From Eledone cirrhosa (taxonomy: Eukaryota), in assembly GCA_964016885.1 (NCBI GenBank), contig OZ024743.1:69068001-69132000 (forward strand): a DNA stretch of 64,000 nucleotides, in the 5' to 3' direction. The notes beneath the pieces are model-generated. The model ran no database searches, was not told the origin of the DNA, and saw only the letters and a list, made by a program, of their open reading frames with translations. Positions 15,824 to 29,187 of the stretch are shown one piece after another (the first letter of the stretch is position 1; each line of letters opens with the position of its first letter). The translations under genes and the position numbers were made by a program.

Positions 15824-16860
15824 GATGGAAAAAATGAAACGAATTTACATATCTCACTCTTAGTACGGCTGTTACTTAAATATAAGTATGTATACGTACA
15901 TACATATATGTATACAGACGTACAGTAGTATGTATATATATACATACATGCACTACATATATATATATGTACATATGGATTTACTGAACATTTATTAAAA
16001 TGCTCGGTTTGTTTGTAACAAACATCCCCAATTAAGCCGTACAGTGTTTAGCAACCATCGTTGCCCTTTTGTTCAACATTGACAAAGGAAGGATGTACTA
16101 GTTTCAAGCTTATTAGCTATCGTCAGCAACGTATACCTTCTTGCCAGATGAGTGAACGTCTGAAAGTATATACTTTCCTTATGCATATTAACGGCTGGGC
16201 AGCCTAATTTGCATATCGAGTGAGTTAATCGGCCGGGCGCACTGAAAACAATAAATGGAAAAAATGAAACGAAATTTCATTTCTCAATCTTAGTACGGCT
16301 GTTACTTAAATATAAGTATGTATACGTACATACACATATGTATACAGACGTACTGTAGTATGTATTTATATATATACATGCACACATATATATATGTATG
16401 TATGGATTTAACGAACATTTATTATAATGCGCGGTTTGTATGTAAACAAGAGTGAGAAATGAAATTTCGTCTCATTTTTTTCCATTTATCGCTTTCGGTG
16501 CGCCCGGCCGATTAACTCACTCGATATGCAAATTAGGCTGCTCAGCCGTTAATATGCATAAGGAAAGTATATACTTTCAGACGTTCAATCATCTGGCAGG
16601 AAGGTATACGGTGCTGACGATAGGTAATAAGCTTGAAACTAGTTCCTTGTTCCTTTGTCAGTGTTGAACAAAAGGGCAACGTTGGCTGCTAAACACTGTA
16701 CGGCTTAATTTGGGATGTGTGTTTACAAACAAACCGAGCATTATAATAAATGTTCGGTAAATCCATACGTACATTTATATATATGTGTGCATGTATGTAT
16801 ATATATACATACTACTGTACGTCTGTATATATATATATATATGTATGTACGTATACATAC
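15824..16860. mobile_element. ~430-bp HHR repeat family: ~1.4 minus-strand units + inverted plus unit
   Basis: Homologous to the 42809-43705 tandem; HHR cores at 16091-16131 (-) and 16608-16650 (+). Confidence 0.8.
16091..16131 (-). ncRNA. Hammerhead ribozyme (430-bp family)
   Basis: Reverse complement: CTGACGA-TAGCT aata AGCTT-GAAA-CTAG-TA; stem I partly decayed. Confidence 0.6.
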
Positions 16861-16888
16861 TAATATATATATATATATATATATATAT

Positions 16889-16928
<40 letters not shown>

Positions 16929-17003
16929 GGTAAATAACAACACAATCGGTACAGTATATGGAAGGAATATATTAGGTTGACGCTTGAAATAGCAGGAAGA
17001 GGG

Positions 17004-17039
17004 TCTTAACCTTTCGGACGCTAGTACTTCATCAGAAGA
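17004..17039 (-). ncRNA. Decayed minimal hammerhead
   Basis: Reverse complement: TCTT-CTGATGA-AGTACTAGCGTCC-GAAA-GG-TT-AAGA; stems II and III mismatched. Confidence 0.4.
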
Positions 17040-17347
17040 AAGAATGAGAAATAAGATAGTTTGAAGGGACGGTCGGGGTATAGTTATATGTGTGTCTGTG
17101 TGCGTGACACTATACAGCCCTATTTATGTTTTACCTCACAAAAAGTTGATGTCATGATTAGAACTCAGTAATAACAACGAACAACGATAATGCCCAGCTC
17201 ATGGAGTGTCAGCGAGAGCGAGAGAGAGAGAGATAGAGAGAGAAGGAGAGAGGGAGAAAGAGAGAGAAAGAGATAGAGCGAACGACGAGAGAGCTAGCGA
17301 GAGAGAGAGATGGAGCAAGAGAGAGAGCCAGGGATCGAGAGAGTGTA

Positions 17348-17467
<120 letters not shown>

Positions 17468-18014
17468 TCACGGAACATTTGTTATGTTTACATTTTCGAC
17501 AGAAAATAAGGAGAGCCAGCAGAAGACATTCCGAAGACGTCTACAACGTACTAAATTCCTTTCGAATTCATTCACTGAAAGATAATTTTTTTTATCTTAC
17601 AAGAATAATTTCATCTGAAACATGTTTAATGGAAAAAAGAAAGAAAACGAAAGGAGGAAAAAAAATCTATTTACTTTCACTTTCATTTCGGCTGTTACTG
17701 TCTTCCATTTGCACTACTTTGGCATTTAGTTCATGAAATTTTCTAGAAAATGTCTAAAACAGTCAATAATCAGGCTTAGTGGGAACGAATGTTGCATGTC
17801 TTGCGGTTTGTTGTGGCAACAAAATGGAGAATTTCTTTCAACTGTCAGAATTTATACAAAAAATTCTCCATCATTCTCAAATGACCATCCACGGAATTAG
17901 AATTGTTTTATTTATCTAAATCCCCCTTTTGTTGTTTATTTCTTTATTCCTTTTATAGACATAAAATATTATTAATATAATCTGCACACAAATTTGTTTC
18001 ATTAACACACATTA

Positions 18015-18059
<45 letters not shown>

Positions 18060-18062
<3 letters not shown>

Positions 18063-18690
18063 GATATTAAATAAATGGAAACTATATTTATAAAACCATA
18101 TCTATTTCATTATATATATTTCAGGGATATCATATTAACAATATGCTATGCCTTCCTCAGACAAAATACAATATAAACAGTTTTATAGATAAATAGATTT
18201 GACATACCGTACAACATCGACTTGTATTTGAAAAGTTGAATTGGCAGTGAAAAAATTGTAAACAGAGAGAAAGAAAGAGAGAAAAAAAAGGAAAGAAAGA
18301 CAGAAAACGAAGAAAAAGAAGAAAAAGAAGAAATGCATGGAACAAAATAGAGAGATGGAAAGATAGATAAAGAGAAGAACTTCATGTAAAGAAACAGAGA
18401 GAGATATATATAGAGAGAGGAAATAGATAGAGATAGATATATATATAGAAAAATATGTAGTTGGACATCCGTTGAGTAAACGTATCAATGATACATTTAT
18501 TTTGTCTGAGGCAGGCATAGCATATTGTTAATATGATATCCCTGAAATATATATAATGAAATAGATATGGTTTTATAAATATAGTTTCCATTTATTTAAT
18601 ATCGTAAATATACTCCAAATACTTGTCGAGTGCTTTTATATCAGTTATTAATATTTACTAGTTGTAACCCAACAATTTAAATATAACTTT

Positions 18691-18692
<2 letters not shown>
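18060..18692. mobile_element. Fold-back PLE-type element with two HHR copies and a one-sided tail
   Basis: Arms ~18060-18168 and ~18498-18606. HHR at 18103-18168 (-, CTGAGGA intact) and 18498-18563 (+, CTGAGGC). Extra tail 18607-18692. (TA)n flanks. Confidence 0.7.
18103..18168 (-). ncRNA. Hammerhead ribozyme with (TA)n stem III
   Basis: Reverse complement: TATTTTGT-CTGAGGA-AGG...CCT-GAAA-TATATA-TA-ATGAAATA. Confidence 0.7.
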
Positions 18693-18732
<40 letters not shown>

Positions 18733-18740
18733 CAGATTAA

Positions 18741-18791
18741 AGTTTAAGCAAAGAATCGCTGCTTTCACCCTTAACGGGATCTTCTGAAACT
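18741..18791 (-). ncRNA. Hammerhead-like motif, core CAGAAGA
   Basis: Reverse complement: AGTTT-CAGAAGA-TCCC gttaa GGGT-GAAA-GCA...TGC-TT-AAACT. Family also at ~19350-19640, 26630-26840 and 53743-53960. Confidence 0.5.
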
Positions 18792-19163
18792 AACAAAGTC
18801 AATCTGTAAACGCAGAACTGGATATTTCAAAAAACGTTGCAACCGGAGGAAGGCAGGAAGACAATAGATTTGTTCGTGGAAACGTTCGCTGGCGAAGAAC
18901 GGGAAAAACGAATATAATACGTCATTAATAGGAGCGGTGAAAAACAAAACAATATATATATATATATATATATTTGAAAATAACTATATATATTAAAATA
19001 ACTATATATATATATATATACTTATATATATTAAAATACATATATATATATATATTAAAATAACTATATATATATATATATACTTATATATATTAAAATA
19101 CATATATATATATATATTAAAATAACTATATATATATATATATATACATATGTATATATTAAA

Positions 19164-19228
<65 letters not shown>

Positions 19229-19232
19229 TAAC

Positions 19233-19263
<31 letters not shown>

Positions 19264-19269
19264 TAAAAT

Positions 19270-19306
<37 letters not shown>

Positions 19307-19310
19307 TAAC

Positions 19311-19349
<39 letters not shown>

Positions 19350-19739
19350 GTAATAATAATAAATTTGAAGACTAAAATCTAAAGAGGGCTCGATAAGGAT
19401 AAATATATATCAAATATATAAGAACCGTAGAGCAAATATTTATTAAAATAACAGATTAAAGTTTAAGCAAAGAATCGCTGCTTTCATCTGACGCTAAAAA
19501 AAATCAACCTGTGAACGCAGAAGTAAATATTTCGAAAAACGTTGCAACCGAAGGAAGACAGGAAGACGATAATTTGGTTCGTGGAAACGTTCCCTGGCAA
19601 AGAACGGAAAAAACGAAGATAATACGTCATTATGCGAACAATTACACGCAAATACAAAACCACGTTTATGGTATAACTGAAGTCGAGGACTAAAATTCTA
19701 TTTAGGAAACCGAATGATTCTCGGCTTCAGAGTTAAGAA

Positions 19740-20022
19740 TAATTGTTTCTACTTTTGGTACAAGGCCAGCTATTATCCCAGTGTACTACTGGTACTTTAT
19801 TTTATCGACCACGTAAGAATAATTATTTCTACTTTATATAATTGTTTCTACTTTTGGCACAAGGCCAGCAATTACCAAGTGTATTATTGGTACTTTATTG
19901 TATAGACCCCATAAGGATGAAAGGCAAAGTTAACCGCGGCGGGATTTGAACTCAGAATTGCAAGGGCCGTAACTCTATACGTCAAAGCATAGCGTCCGAC
20001 CCTCTACCGATACTGCCAATCC
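19740..20022 (-). mobile_element. tRNA-derived SINE
   Basis: Same family as the 46.8-48.5 kb cluster. Confidence 0.75.
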
Positions 20023-20411
20023 ATACAAAATATATATATATATATATGCGCGTGTGTGTGTGTGCGTATACATATAATTATATAAACGTATATAAATATA
20101 CACACATAAACGCATATAACGCGCGCATACACGTACCTACATGTAAATACACATATGTTCGCTAAACGTACGTCAACCAAAACACAAAGTACACATATAC
20201 ACACACCCTACATACGTGCAAACCCACATACACAAACAAACGCAAAACTCACGTATACACATAACCATATAGACTTGTACCAGTATATATAATATAATAT
20301 ATAGGCCAATAACAAATACAAGCAAATATATGTACGAGAAAGTATATGTACCTTCACAAAACATACATGTAATATATACTTACCTATACAAATAAGTAAT
20401 GGTATAATATG

Positions 20412-20469
<58 letters not shown>

Positions 20470-20605
20470 AAAGTTAAACAAGTTCAATGAATAAATCAAA
20501 GAATGAGGTTTACAATAGATTGGAATCACTCAACTGAAACGGTTTTCCAGAGTTATTAAAATTAATTCAAAATATTAACAAAATAGATATTCTTGTGATC
20601 AAGTA

Positions 20606-20672
20606 TATTTTATTATACATATTTCAGAGGTACTGAATTAAGTTCAGCAGTACGTCCTCATCAGATCAAATA
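20606..20672 (-). ncRNA. Hammerhead ribozyme, inverted mate of 20771-20837
   Basis: Core CTGATGA and GAAA intact on the reverse complement; one stem I mismatch. Confidence 0.7.
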
Positions 20673-20770
20673 ATATGATGCATGACATACGCTGACATAT
20701 TAGATGGCTAAGATTCAGCCACGAATGAATCTTAACCATCTAATATGTCAAGGTATGTCATGCATCATCT

Positions 20771-20837
20771 TATTTTATCTGATGAGGACGTATTGTTGAA
20801 CTTAACTCAGTACCTCTGAAATATGTATAATAAAATA
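20771..20837 (+). ncRNA. Hammerhead ribozyme, AUA site
   Basis: TATTTTAT-CTGATGA-stem II-GAAA-TATGTA-TA-ATAAAATA (8-bp stem I). Confidence 0.75.
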
Positions 20838-20878
20838 TACTTGATCACAAGAATATCTATTTTGTTAATATGTTGAAT

Positions 20879-20940
<62 letters not shown>

Positions 20941-21068
20941 AAAAGGTGAAATCGAAAATGCAACTGAAGTCTTTTTTTTAAAAAAAAAATTTTATTTGGT
21001 CCCTTTACCGGTTTCGCAGTTCTTCTGCTTTTCAAAAGTAGAATTGAGATGGAGAGTTTGTGGTTTTT

Positions 21069-21152
<84 letters not shown>

Positions 21153-21157
21153 GACAG

Positions 21158-21266
<109 letters not shown>

Positions 21267-21476
21267 TAATTTCAGCGAGATTGTATTTCGGCGGGGCCAA
21301 AAGCACAACGAAACGCAACTTTCGAGATATGCGGCAACCACTCAATGGAGTAAAAGAAGACCAGAGCAATTAACATACGTTATAGAGGCCACATAAAATG
21401 AAAAGAGTGATCGTGAAGCCATCAGCCACCGGAGCCAAACAAATAAACGAAGCAAGCTAAACAGGTTAACAAAAGA

Positions 21477-21550
<74 letters not shown>

Positions 21551-21577
21551 ATATATATATTGTTAAATATATATATG

Positions 21578-21646
<69 letters not shown>

Positions 21647-21861
21647 GGTACAAAAGAGAAAACACAGGTAAGCATTAAGAGAAGGATTTTATCCAGGTAT
21701 TTACGACCGTTTCATTGGTAAGTGCAACCTCATATTGCTATACTGCAAATAGCAGCCACTCAAATATAATTGTTGGTTGAATATAATTGTACGTTGAAAC
21801 CATCCATGAAACTGGCTTTCTTAGCCAAGAACTGGATCACAATAACCAATTTCTTGCTTCT

Positions 21862-21926
<65 letters not shown>

Positions 21927-21943
21927 TATATATAAATATATAC

Positions 21944-22087
<144 letters not shown>

Positions 22088-22361
22088 GTGTACGTGTGTA
22101 AGTTAGGGTATGTATGTGTGTGTGTGTATAAAATGTAGATATAAGCACATGTGTACACATACGTACCTACATACCTACCAACCTACATCCTTACTTGACA
22201 ATATGGACGTCCAAACAGATCACTAAATATCTTTCAGTCTCTTAGAGACATAATTTACCCTAGGTTCTCAAATATTTATTATGATCCAATATTGTTATAT
22301 TTATATTCACCAAGACACATACACATATATATATATATATACTTATATACATATAAATTAT

Positions 22362-22481
<120 letters not shown>

Positions 22482-22639
22482 GTATGTATTGCATATATAT
22501 ACATACATCCACCTGCGAGGAGACACTCATTTGTACAAACAACATAAGGCCACAGAACCATAATACTACACTACAACTAAATTCAAAATCAAAGCCATAA
22601 TACTTAAATATTCACGTAAATACACCCACTACATAAAAT

Positions 22640-23672
22640 CTATGCCAATCCGTACCAAATACTTAAACCCTATACTAAAATCTACCAAATATCTAAACAC
22701 TACATTAAAGACTACCAGATACATAAACCCTATACTATAGACTAACAAATAGTTAAACCTTACATTAAGGGCTAACAAATAGCTAAATCCTACATTAAGG
22801 ACTAACAAATAGTTCAACCTTACATTAAGGACTAACAAATAGTTTAACCCTAGATTAAGAACTAAAAAATAGCTAAACACTATATTAAGGACTAACTAAT
22901 AGCTAAACTCTACATTAAGGACTAACAGATAATTAAGCCTTACACTAAAGACTAACAAATATCTAGACCCTACATTAAGGACTAACAAACAGTTAAACCC
23001 TACATTAAGGGCAAACAAATATCTAGACACTACATTAAGAGCTAACAAAAAGTTAAACCCTACATTAAAGACTAACAAATACCTAAACCCTACATTAAAG
23101 ACTTACAAATAACTAAACCCTATATTAAGGGCTAACAAACAGTTAAACTCTACATTAAGGACTAAAAAATAGTTAAACCCTTCATTAAGGACTAACAAAT
23201 AATTAAACCCTATATTAAGGAACAAGAAATAGCTTAACCCTACATTAAGGACTAACAAATCGTTAAACCCTACATTAACTCTTTAGGATTTACATTACTC
23301 TATATATACTATGGTATTTACATAATTATCTCACATAATATTGAATCTATGAGATTTTGAGTTATTTTATTTTCTGAACAATACCTTAAAATTGGCATGA
23401 CTGGACAGTTATAGCCAGTTTGAACAGAAAGAGGTGAGAGAATTCTGGGCGGATATGGCCGGTTTAAATGCTAAAGAGTTAATAACTAACAAATAGTGAA
23501 ATCTTACATTAAGAACTAACAAATAGCTAAACCCTATATTAAAGACTAACAAATAATTAAACCCTAATTTAAAGACTAACAAATAGTTAAACTCTACACT
23601 AAGAACTAACAAATAGTTAAAATCTATATTAAAGACTAATAAATAATTAAAACCCACACTAAAGTCTAACAA
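22640..23672. repeat. 30-bp minisatellite (ACTAACAAATAGTTAAACCCTACATTAAGG)
   Basis: About 27 diverged tandem units, interrupted by a MITE. Confidence 0.9.
23279..23478. mobile_element. piggyBac-type MITE
   Basis: TTAA on both sides; TIR CTCTTTAGGATTTA / TAAATGCTAAAGAG. Confidence 0.7.
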
Positions 23673-24192
23673 ATATATGAAAAACTAGACTGAATCCTAT
23701 GAAATACGTAATACCTACAATCACGCCGTATGCAGAATTCTCTCTGAGTGATTTCCCGTATGATCGCGACCATAAAACTCCGAATATAACTCATACTCAA
23801 CTGTTCTTCCCCATATGTTCCCCTTACCCTGATTTAACTAAGGTTTTCAACATACTTAAAGTGATGGGGTACAGGGAGATGGAGTTAAAGATATATACGG
23901 AAGTAAACGTTCACACATAACTACACACACACGCGTGCATATGCGAATATGTATGGACCCGTAATTTCTAAAAGACACAGGGACGCCACATTAACATAGG
24001 GTGATTCTAGTGCATTATGTTTTTAAACTGGTGGAGTCCATCTATATACATATATATATATATGTATATATATATATATCTTGACCACCTTGACCTACCA
24101 GTCTGTCGGGCACCATTCGGCGCCGCTGGTTACAGCACGTTGCTCTGTTAGCCATACAATGACGCCATCCCACTGGCTGGCCGGGCAATCCG

Positions 24193-24225
<33 letters not shown>

Positions 24226-24389
24226 GAATTGGTGCTCTGAAATAGCTATATATATATATATGAATGTATATATAGTGTATTTTGCAATACACTGTATGCT
24301 TAATTAATAGCATTTCGAAGACCTTATGCTATTGTTTTAGAGTAGTAACAGTCTCACTTACTTTGATTTTCACCAAACAGGGGAGATAA

Positions 24390-24434
24390 AGCTGACAGGG
24401 CCTTGTTTCGCATGTTTTGATGCTTATCAAAACC
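24390..24434 (-). ncRNA. Hammerhead ribozyme U3-A8 variant
   Basis: Reverse complement: GGTT-TTGATAA-GCAT caaaac ATGC-GAAA-CAAGGCCCTG-TC-AGCT. Confidence 0.7.
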
Positions 24435-24709
24435 AACTACTCCTCTTGTTTGCTGAAAATCATGGATGTTTGATTCTTATAGAATTCTAGTAAATAATCA
24501 GGAACTGATTATACAGAGCGGTTTCCGGTCAAGCAGAAATTGAAAATTAGAATTGGTGCTGTGAAATAGCTATATATATATGAATGTATATATAGTGTAT
24601 TTTGCAATACACTGTATGCTTAATTAAAAGCATTTCGAAGACCTTATGCTATTGTTTTCGAGTAGTGACAGATTCACTTACTTTAATTTTCAGCAAACAG
24701 GGGAGATAA

Positions 24710-24754
24710 AGCTGACAGGGCCCTGTTTCACATTTTTTTATGCTTATCAAAGCC
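24710..24754 (-). ncRNA. Hammerhead ribozyme U3-A8 variant
   Basis: Reverse complement: GGCT-TTGATAA-GCAT aaaaaa ATGT-GAAA-CAGGGCCCTG-TC-AGCT; palindromic stem III ACAGGGCCCTGT. Confidence 0.75.
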
Positions 24755-25699
24755 AACTACACGTCCTGTTTGCTGAAAATCATGGATGTTTGATTCTTAT
24801 AGAATTCTAGTAAATAATCAGGAACTGATTATACAGAGCGGTTGCCGGTCAAGCAGAAATAGAAAATTAGAATTGGTGCTCTGAAATAGCTATATATATA
24901 TATGAATGTATATATAGTGTATTTTGCAATACACTGTATGCTTAATTAAAAGCATTTCGAAGACTTTATGCTATTGTTTTAGAGTAGTGACAGTCTCACT
25001 TACTTCTAATTTTCAATTTCTGCTTCACCGGCAACCGCTCTGTATAATCAGTTCCTGCTAAATCATTTATGATTCTTTCTTCATAAGTATATTTTAAACT
25101 TATAGCCTCGTTTAAATGATTTTTGTGTGGTGTATTTATGCTGATTGGGACCAGAAATACTGTATATATTTTATCTAATGATTCTATGAACTTACTTTTT
25201 ATATATTGCTCTGATTATTAATTATTTAATTAATTCGTCATTGAGCCACACCGTGAATGGTTGCCAAAAACATATATATATATATATAACAACTAGAAAT
25301 AACCATATGAAACAATCACAGAGGATAATTTTTACAAGTGTGTAAGCACACATAGCTAGGTAGGTAACTAAATAAAGTTAACTAGAACTTCAAAAATAGA
25401 TACCTAATAATATGATTAATGTTCCCTGTATATATTCCATTAAGGAAATATATTTCACCAATTAATCGAATGGTAAACCACGAAAGCCGATACTTGTATT
25501 TTCAACAAGGAAGAAGTCCAGCCATCTGTGTTTAGGCATTAAGTTCAAATCAGCGACTGGCCAGTAACACGTGCTCTATCTACTAAAAATACACACATCA
25601 TACCAGCTTCGTCCCAGTGGCGTGAATAGGGTTATCGACAACTAGAAACAGCAGTCAAGTCATTTCAACAGAGTTAGCTCTACAATTAAGGAGCTGTAT

Positions 25700-26099
25700 T
25701 TATATATCTATATCCCAAATTAAGATGAATCAAAGTTAATTTAATCTAAATCAAAATTATGGGTGTCATGCCAGAAAGGCATGCGCCATATCACCCGTAA
25801 AATAAGCTCCAAGATTCTAATGAATAGGTCCGAGCATTTTATAACAACTAGAAGTTATTATAATATATATATATGTATATATTATGGTGTTATTATGTTG
25901 TTATAAAATAAAGTACCAGTAATGCACTGGGTAATTGCTGGCCTTGTGCCTAAAGTAGAAACAATTATGTTGTTATAAAATGCTCGGACCTATTCATTAG
26001 AATCTTGGAGCTTATTTTACGGGTGATATGGCGCATGCCTTCTGGCATGACACCCGTAATTTTGATTTAGATTAAATTCACTTTGATTTATCTTAATTT

Positions 26100-26100
<1 letters not shown>
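25700..26100. repeat. Inverted repeat with ~135-bp arms
   Basis: 25715-25848 versus 25968-26100; family also at ~1700-2235 and 25290-25690. Confidence 0.65.
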
Positions 26101-26137
<37 letters not shown>

Positions 26138-26175
26138 GATATGGATTTGACTAGTTTATATGTATATACCCATTA

Positions 26176-26277
<102 letters not shown>

Positions 26278-26356
26278 GCGTGTGTGTTAGGTAATTCCGA
26301 TGGAAAAGCAAAGGAAAAAGAGTGTTCTATGTATAGAACACCTAGATAAATAACAT

Positions 26357-26424
26357 CTCTCTCTGATGACCGATCCAGACGTATATTATTATTGTCTGGG
26401 ATCCAGAAACCATTAGTAATCGAG
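26357..26424 (+). ncRNA. Hammerhead-like motif, long stem II, weak stem I
   Basis: CTGATGA...GATCCAGAC/GTCTGGGATC...GAAAC catta GTA. Confidence 0.45.
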
Positions 26425-26465
26425 TAGTTATATTTCGTGTTGTTCACTTTCTAATTAAATATATA

Positions 26466-26589
<124 letters not shown>

Positions 26590-26629
26590 CATATACATAT
26601 ATATATATATATATATATTTATTTATTTA

Positions 26630-26840
26630 TAGTAATAATAATAAATTAGAAGACTAAAATCCAAAGAGGGCTCGATAAGGATAAATATATATCAAATATA
26701 GAAGAACAATAGAGCAAATATTTATAAAAATAACAGATTAAAGTTTAAGCAAAGAATCGGTGCTTTCACCCTTTAAGATCCAGTTAAGGGTGAAAGCAGC
26801 GATTCTTTGCTTAAACTTTAAACTGTTATTTTAATAAATA
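26630..26840. mobile_element. Short fold-back of the 18741 HHR family with a left tail
   Basis: Inverted arms meet at ~26775-26782, within the HHR stem II/core region. Confidence 0.7.
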
Positions 26841-26924
26841 TATATATATATATATATAAAGCTGGATTCTATAGAATTCCAGTGATAATCAGGATTTTAT
26901 TATACCGAGCGAAATAAGGGAGAG

Positions 26925-26966
26925 AACTAACAGTCTGTTTCACGCTGGTTAGCGATCATCAGAGCC
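26925..26966 (-). ncRNA. Hammerhead ribozyme (320-bp family, canonical core)
   Basis: Reverse complement: GGCT-CTGATGA-TCGCT aacc AGCGT-GAAA-CAGACTG-TT-AGTT. Confidence 0.65.
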
Positions 26967-27264
26967 GCGCAACACCTGCTTCCGCCGAAGATTATAGAAG
27001 CTGGATTCTTATAGAATTCCAGTGATAATCAGTAGCGCATTATACATAGCGATTACCGGTCCAGCAAAAAATAGGTATCAGGATAGGTGTTCTGACATAG
27101 CGATATATATATGAATGTGTGTATAGTATATATATTTAATTAGAAACTGAACAACAATATATGAATATATGAATGTGTGTATTTGTGTTTATAGTATATA
27201 CTGTATGTATATCAAAGCATCAGAGCCATGCATCTACTGCTTCCGCCGAAGTTTATATATATAT

Positions 27265-27345
<81 letters not shown>

Positions 27346-27408
27346 CATACATACATACATACATACATACATACATACATACATACATACATACATACAT
27401 ACATACAT

Positions 27409-27908
27409 ACTGGTGGTGGCTGCCAACTCGTTTTCGAGTACGGCCACTACTTTATATCCATGTAGGAGAAACCCTACCGATGCGCTGAATGAGTGTGACT
27501 TTTTAGTCCAACCAGCGACTTGAAAACACTGGTACAAACACTACACATGTGACAATTATTGAAACAGTGCTGGGCCCATGGTACCATGTGACGACAAGTG
27601 CAGAGAGATATCCAGATATAAAGCAATGCCTGTGCCGTGAAGCTTTTATAGTGAGCAAAGCCACTGCACAATTCAGTCCCACTCTCTTAACCGAGATGAT
27701 ATTTACCAAAAAGAAGAACAAGTCAACATCATTTCATACCATCAGGGTTGCAGGTGTTATATCAGAGTTTTCCTTCTCCTAGAATTCTGCCTTGACAAAG
27801 TCTAAGGGATCATCTCTCTCGGTGATTTTGGATGGCCATTGGCTCTTAAGAGCTCCTTTGACAGGTTTTGTTTTTAGTTCTGCAGGATGTCCAGAGTCAC
27901 CCTCCTCA
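27409..27908 (-). mobile_element. RTE-derived non-autonomous element, 5'-truncated copy
   Basis: Similar to 29188-29795; CxxC..GLKSH remnant, CTCG-AAAA-CGAG 3' hairpin, (TATG)n tail. Confidence 0.65.
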
Positions 27909-27992
27909 TACATACATACATACATACATACATACATACATACATACATACATACATACATACATACATACATACATACATACATACATACA

Positions 27993-29137
27993 TCAATGGT
28001 GATGTGGATAGGCTATACTTCTCACGCAAGGAAGGTGGCCGGGGTCTAAAATCAATATTAACAACATATGAGACCCGGATAGTAACACTGAAGCAACACC
28101 TTCAACAGAGGAAAAAGGTTGGCAACCATCTTGCCCAGGTTTATGACCATGAAAAAAGAAATATCATTAGAATAGCGACTGATCTGGAGGAGAGATATGG
28201 AATAAATCCTGATATAAATCTCTCACCCAGAGAAATCGGAAGATCCTATTCAATGTTCAAACAAGATAAAAAAATTGACCAATTTACAGAAAAAGTTGTG
28301 CATGGATACTTGAGGCGTAAAACACAGACCATATAGGGGATAAACCACTCAAAAAGCCTGGCATGGAGTTCCGACAAGTTTATGACATCACACCTTGAGG
28401 GATATCTCTATACAATACAGGAACAAGAACTCCCTACCAAATATCTGCTGCACAAAATAGGAGGGCCAGCAGCTGACAATAAATGTAGGCTATGTAAAAC
28501 AAAGATCGAAGATGTAAGCCACATTGTTGCCAGCTGCGAAAGAATGTCATCTCGCTACTACCTCCCCATGAGACACGATGGGATAGCTAGAACCATCTGG
28601 AACGCACTTCGAAAAACAAAATTAACAACAAACGAGGAGGAATATATTGAGACAGATGGCACTAAGGAATACTGGTGGAACCTGAAAATAAAAACTGCCA
28701 CCAAATTAAAGCACAACCGGCCTGATATTGTAGTTTGGGACCACACATTGAAAACGTGTTCTGTTGTGGAGATCAGCTGCCCACTTGATGTAAACGTTGT
28801 CAGAAAAATACAGGAGAAGGAGGACATCTACGGACCATTGATGAGGAGTTTACAAATCCAGTATCCAAGATACACCTTTAGCTTCATACCCATCATTATT
28901 GGTGCTACGGGTTATATACCAACCCGCTTGGACCAAAGTATGACTGAACTTGGATTTGCGGACAAAAAGCGCAGCTCCCTAATTCATAGTCTACAAATGG
29001 CTGCGATAGCTGGCACCTTCAAAATTTGCAAAACATTCTTGCGATTCAAGGGATGACAATTTCTTTTCTTTTACAACCTCGCCACCAGGAAGGTGGCTGG
29101 TCAAAAAGATATACTCGAAATTAAGAGAAAGAGAAAA
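27993..29137 (+). mobile_element. 5'-truncated Dong/R4-clade LINE with restriction-like endonuclease
   Basis: DVDRLY..RKEGGRGL, CRLC..HIVASC zinc knuckle, RHD, RPDIV..EISCP, K..Y; one in-frame TAG at 28334; sits in (TACA)n. Confidence 0.85.
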
Positions 29138-29187
29138 CATACATACATACATACATACATACATACATGCATGCATGCATGTATGCA

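Larger units (their letters stand above)
20467..20882. mobile_element. Fold-back element with two HHR copies and a left-side tail
   Basis: Inverted arms ~20561-20720 and ~20726-20882; HHRs at 20606-20672 (-) and 20771-20837 (+); flanked by (TA)n. Confidence 0.75.
24221..25058 (-). mobile_element. Tandem ~320-bp non-coding HHR repeats (retrozyme-like), ~2.4 units + short inversion
   Basis: Units start at 24221, 24545 and 24865; inverted piece ~25005-25058; homologues at 1440-1672 and 26860-27250. Confidence 0.8.

Noticed and set aside
17470-17900. Possible host exon or promoter after the (GA)n tract
   Set aside because: No recognisable protein motif or supported splice structure.
22640-23672. 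CRISPR-like periodicity
   Set aside because: Contiguous 30-bp units with no unique spacers, no cas genes, eukaryotic context.
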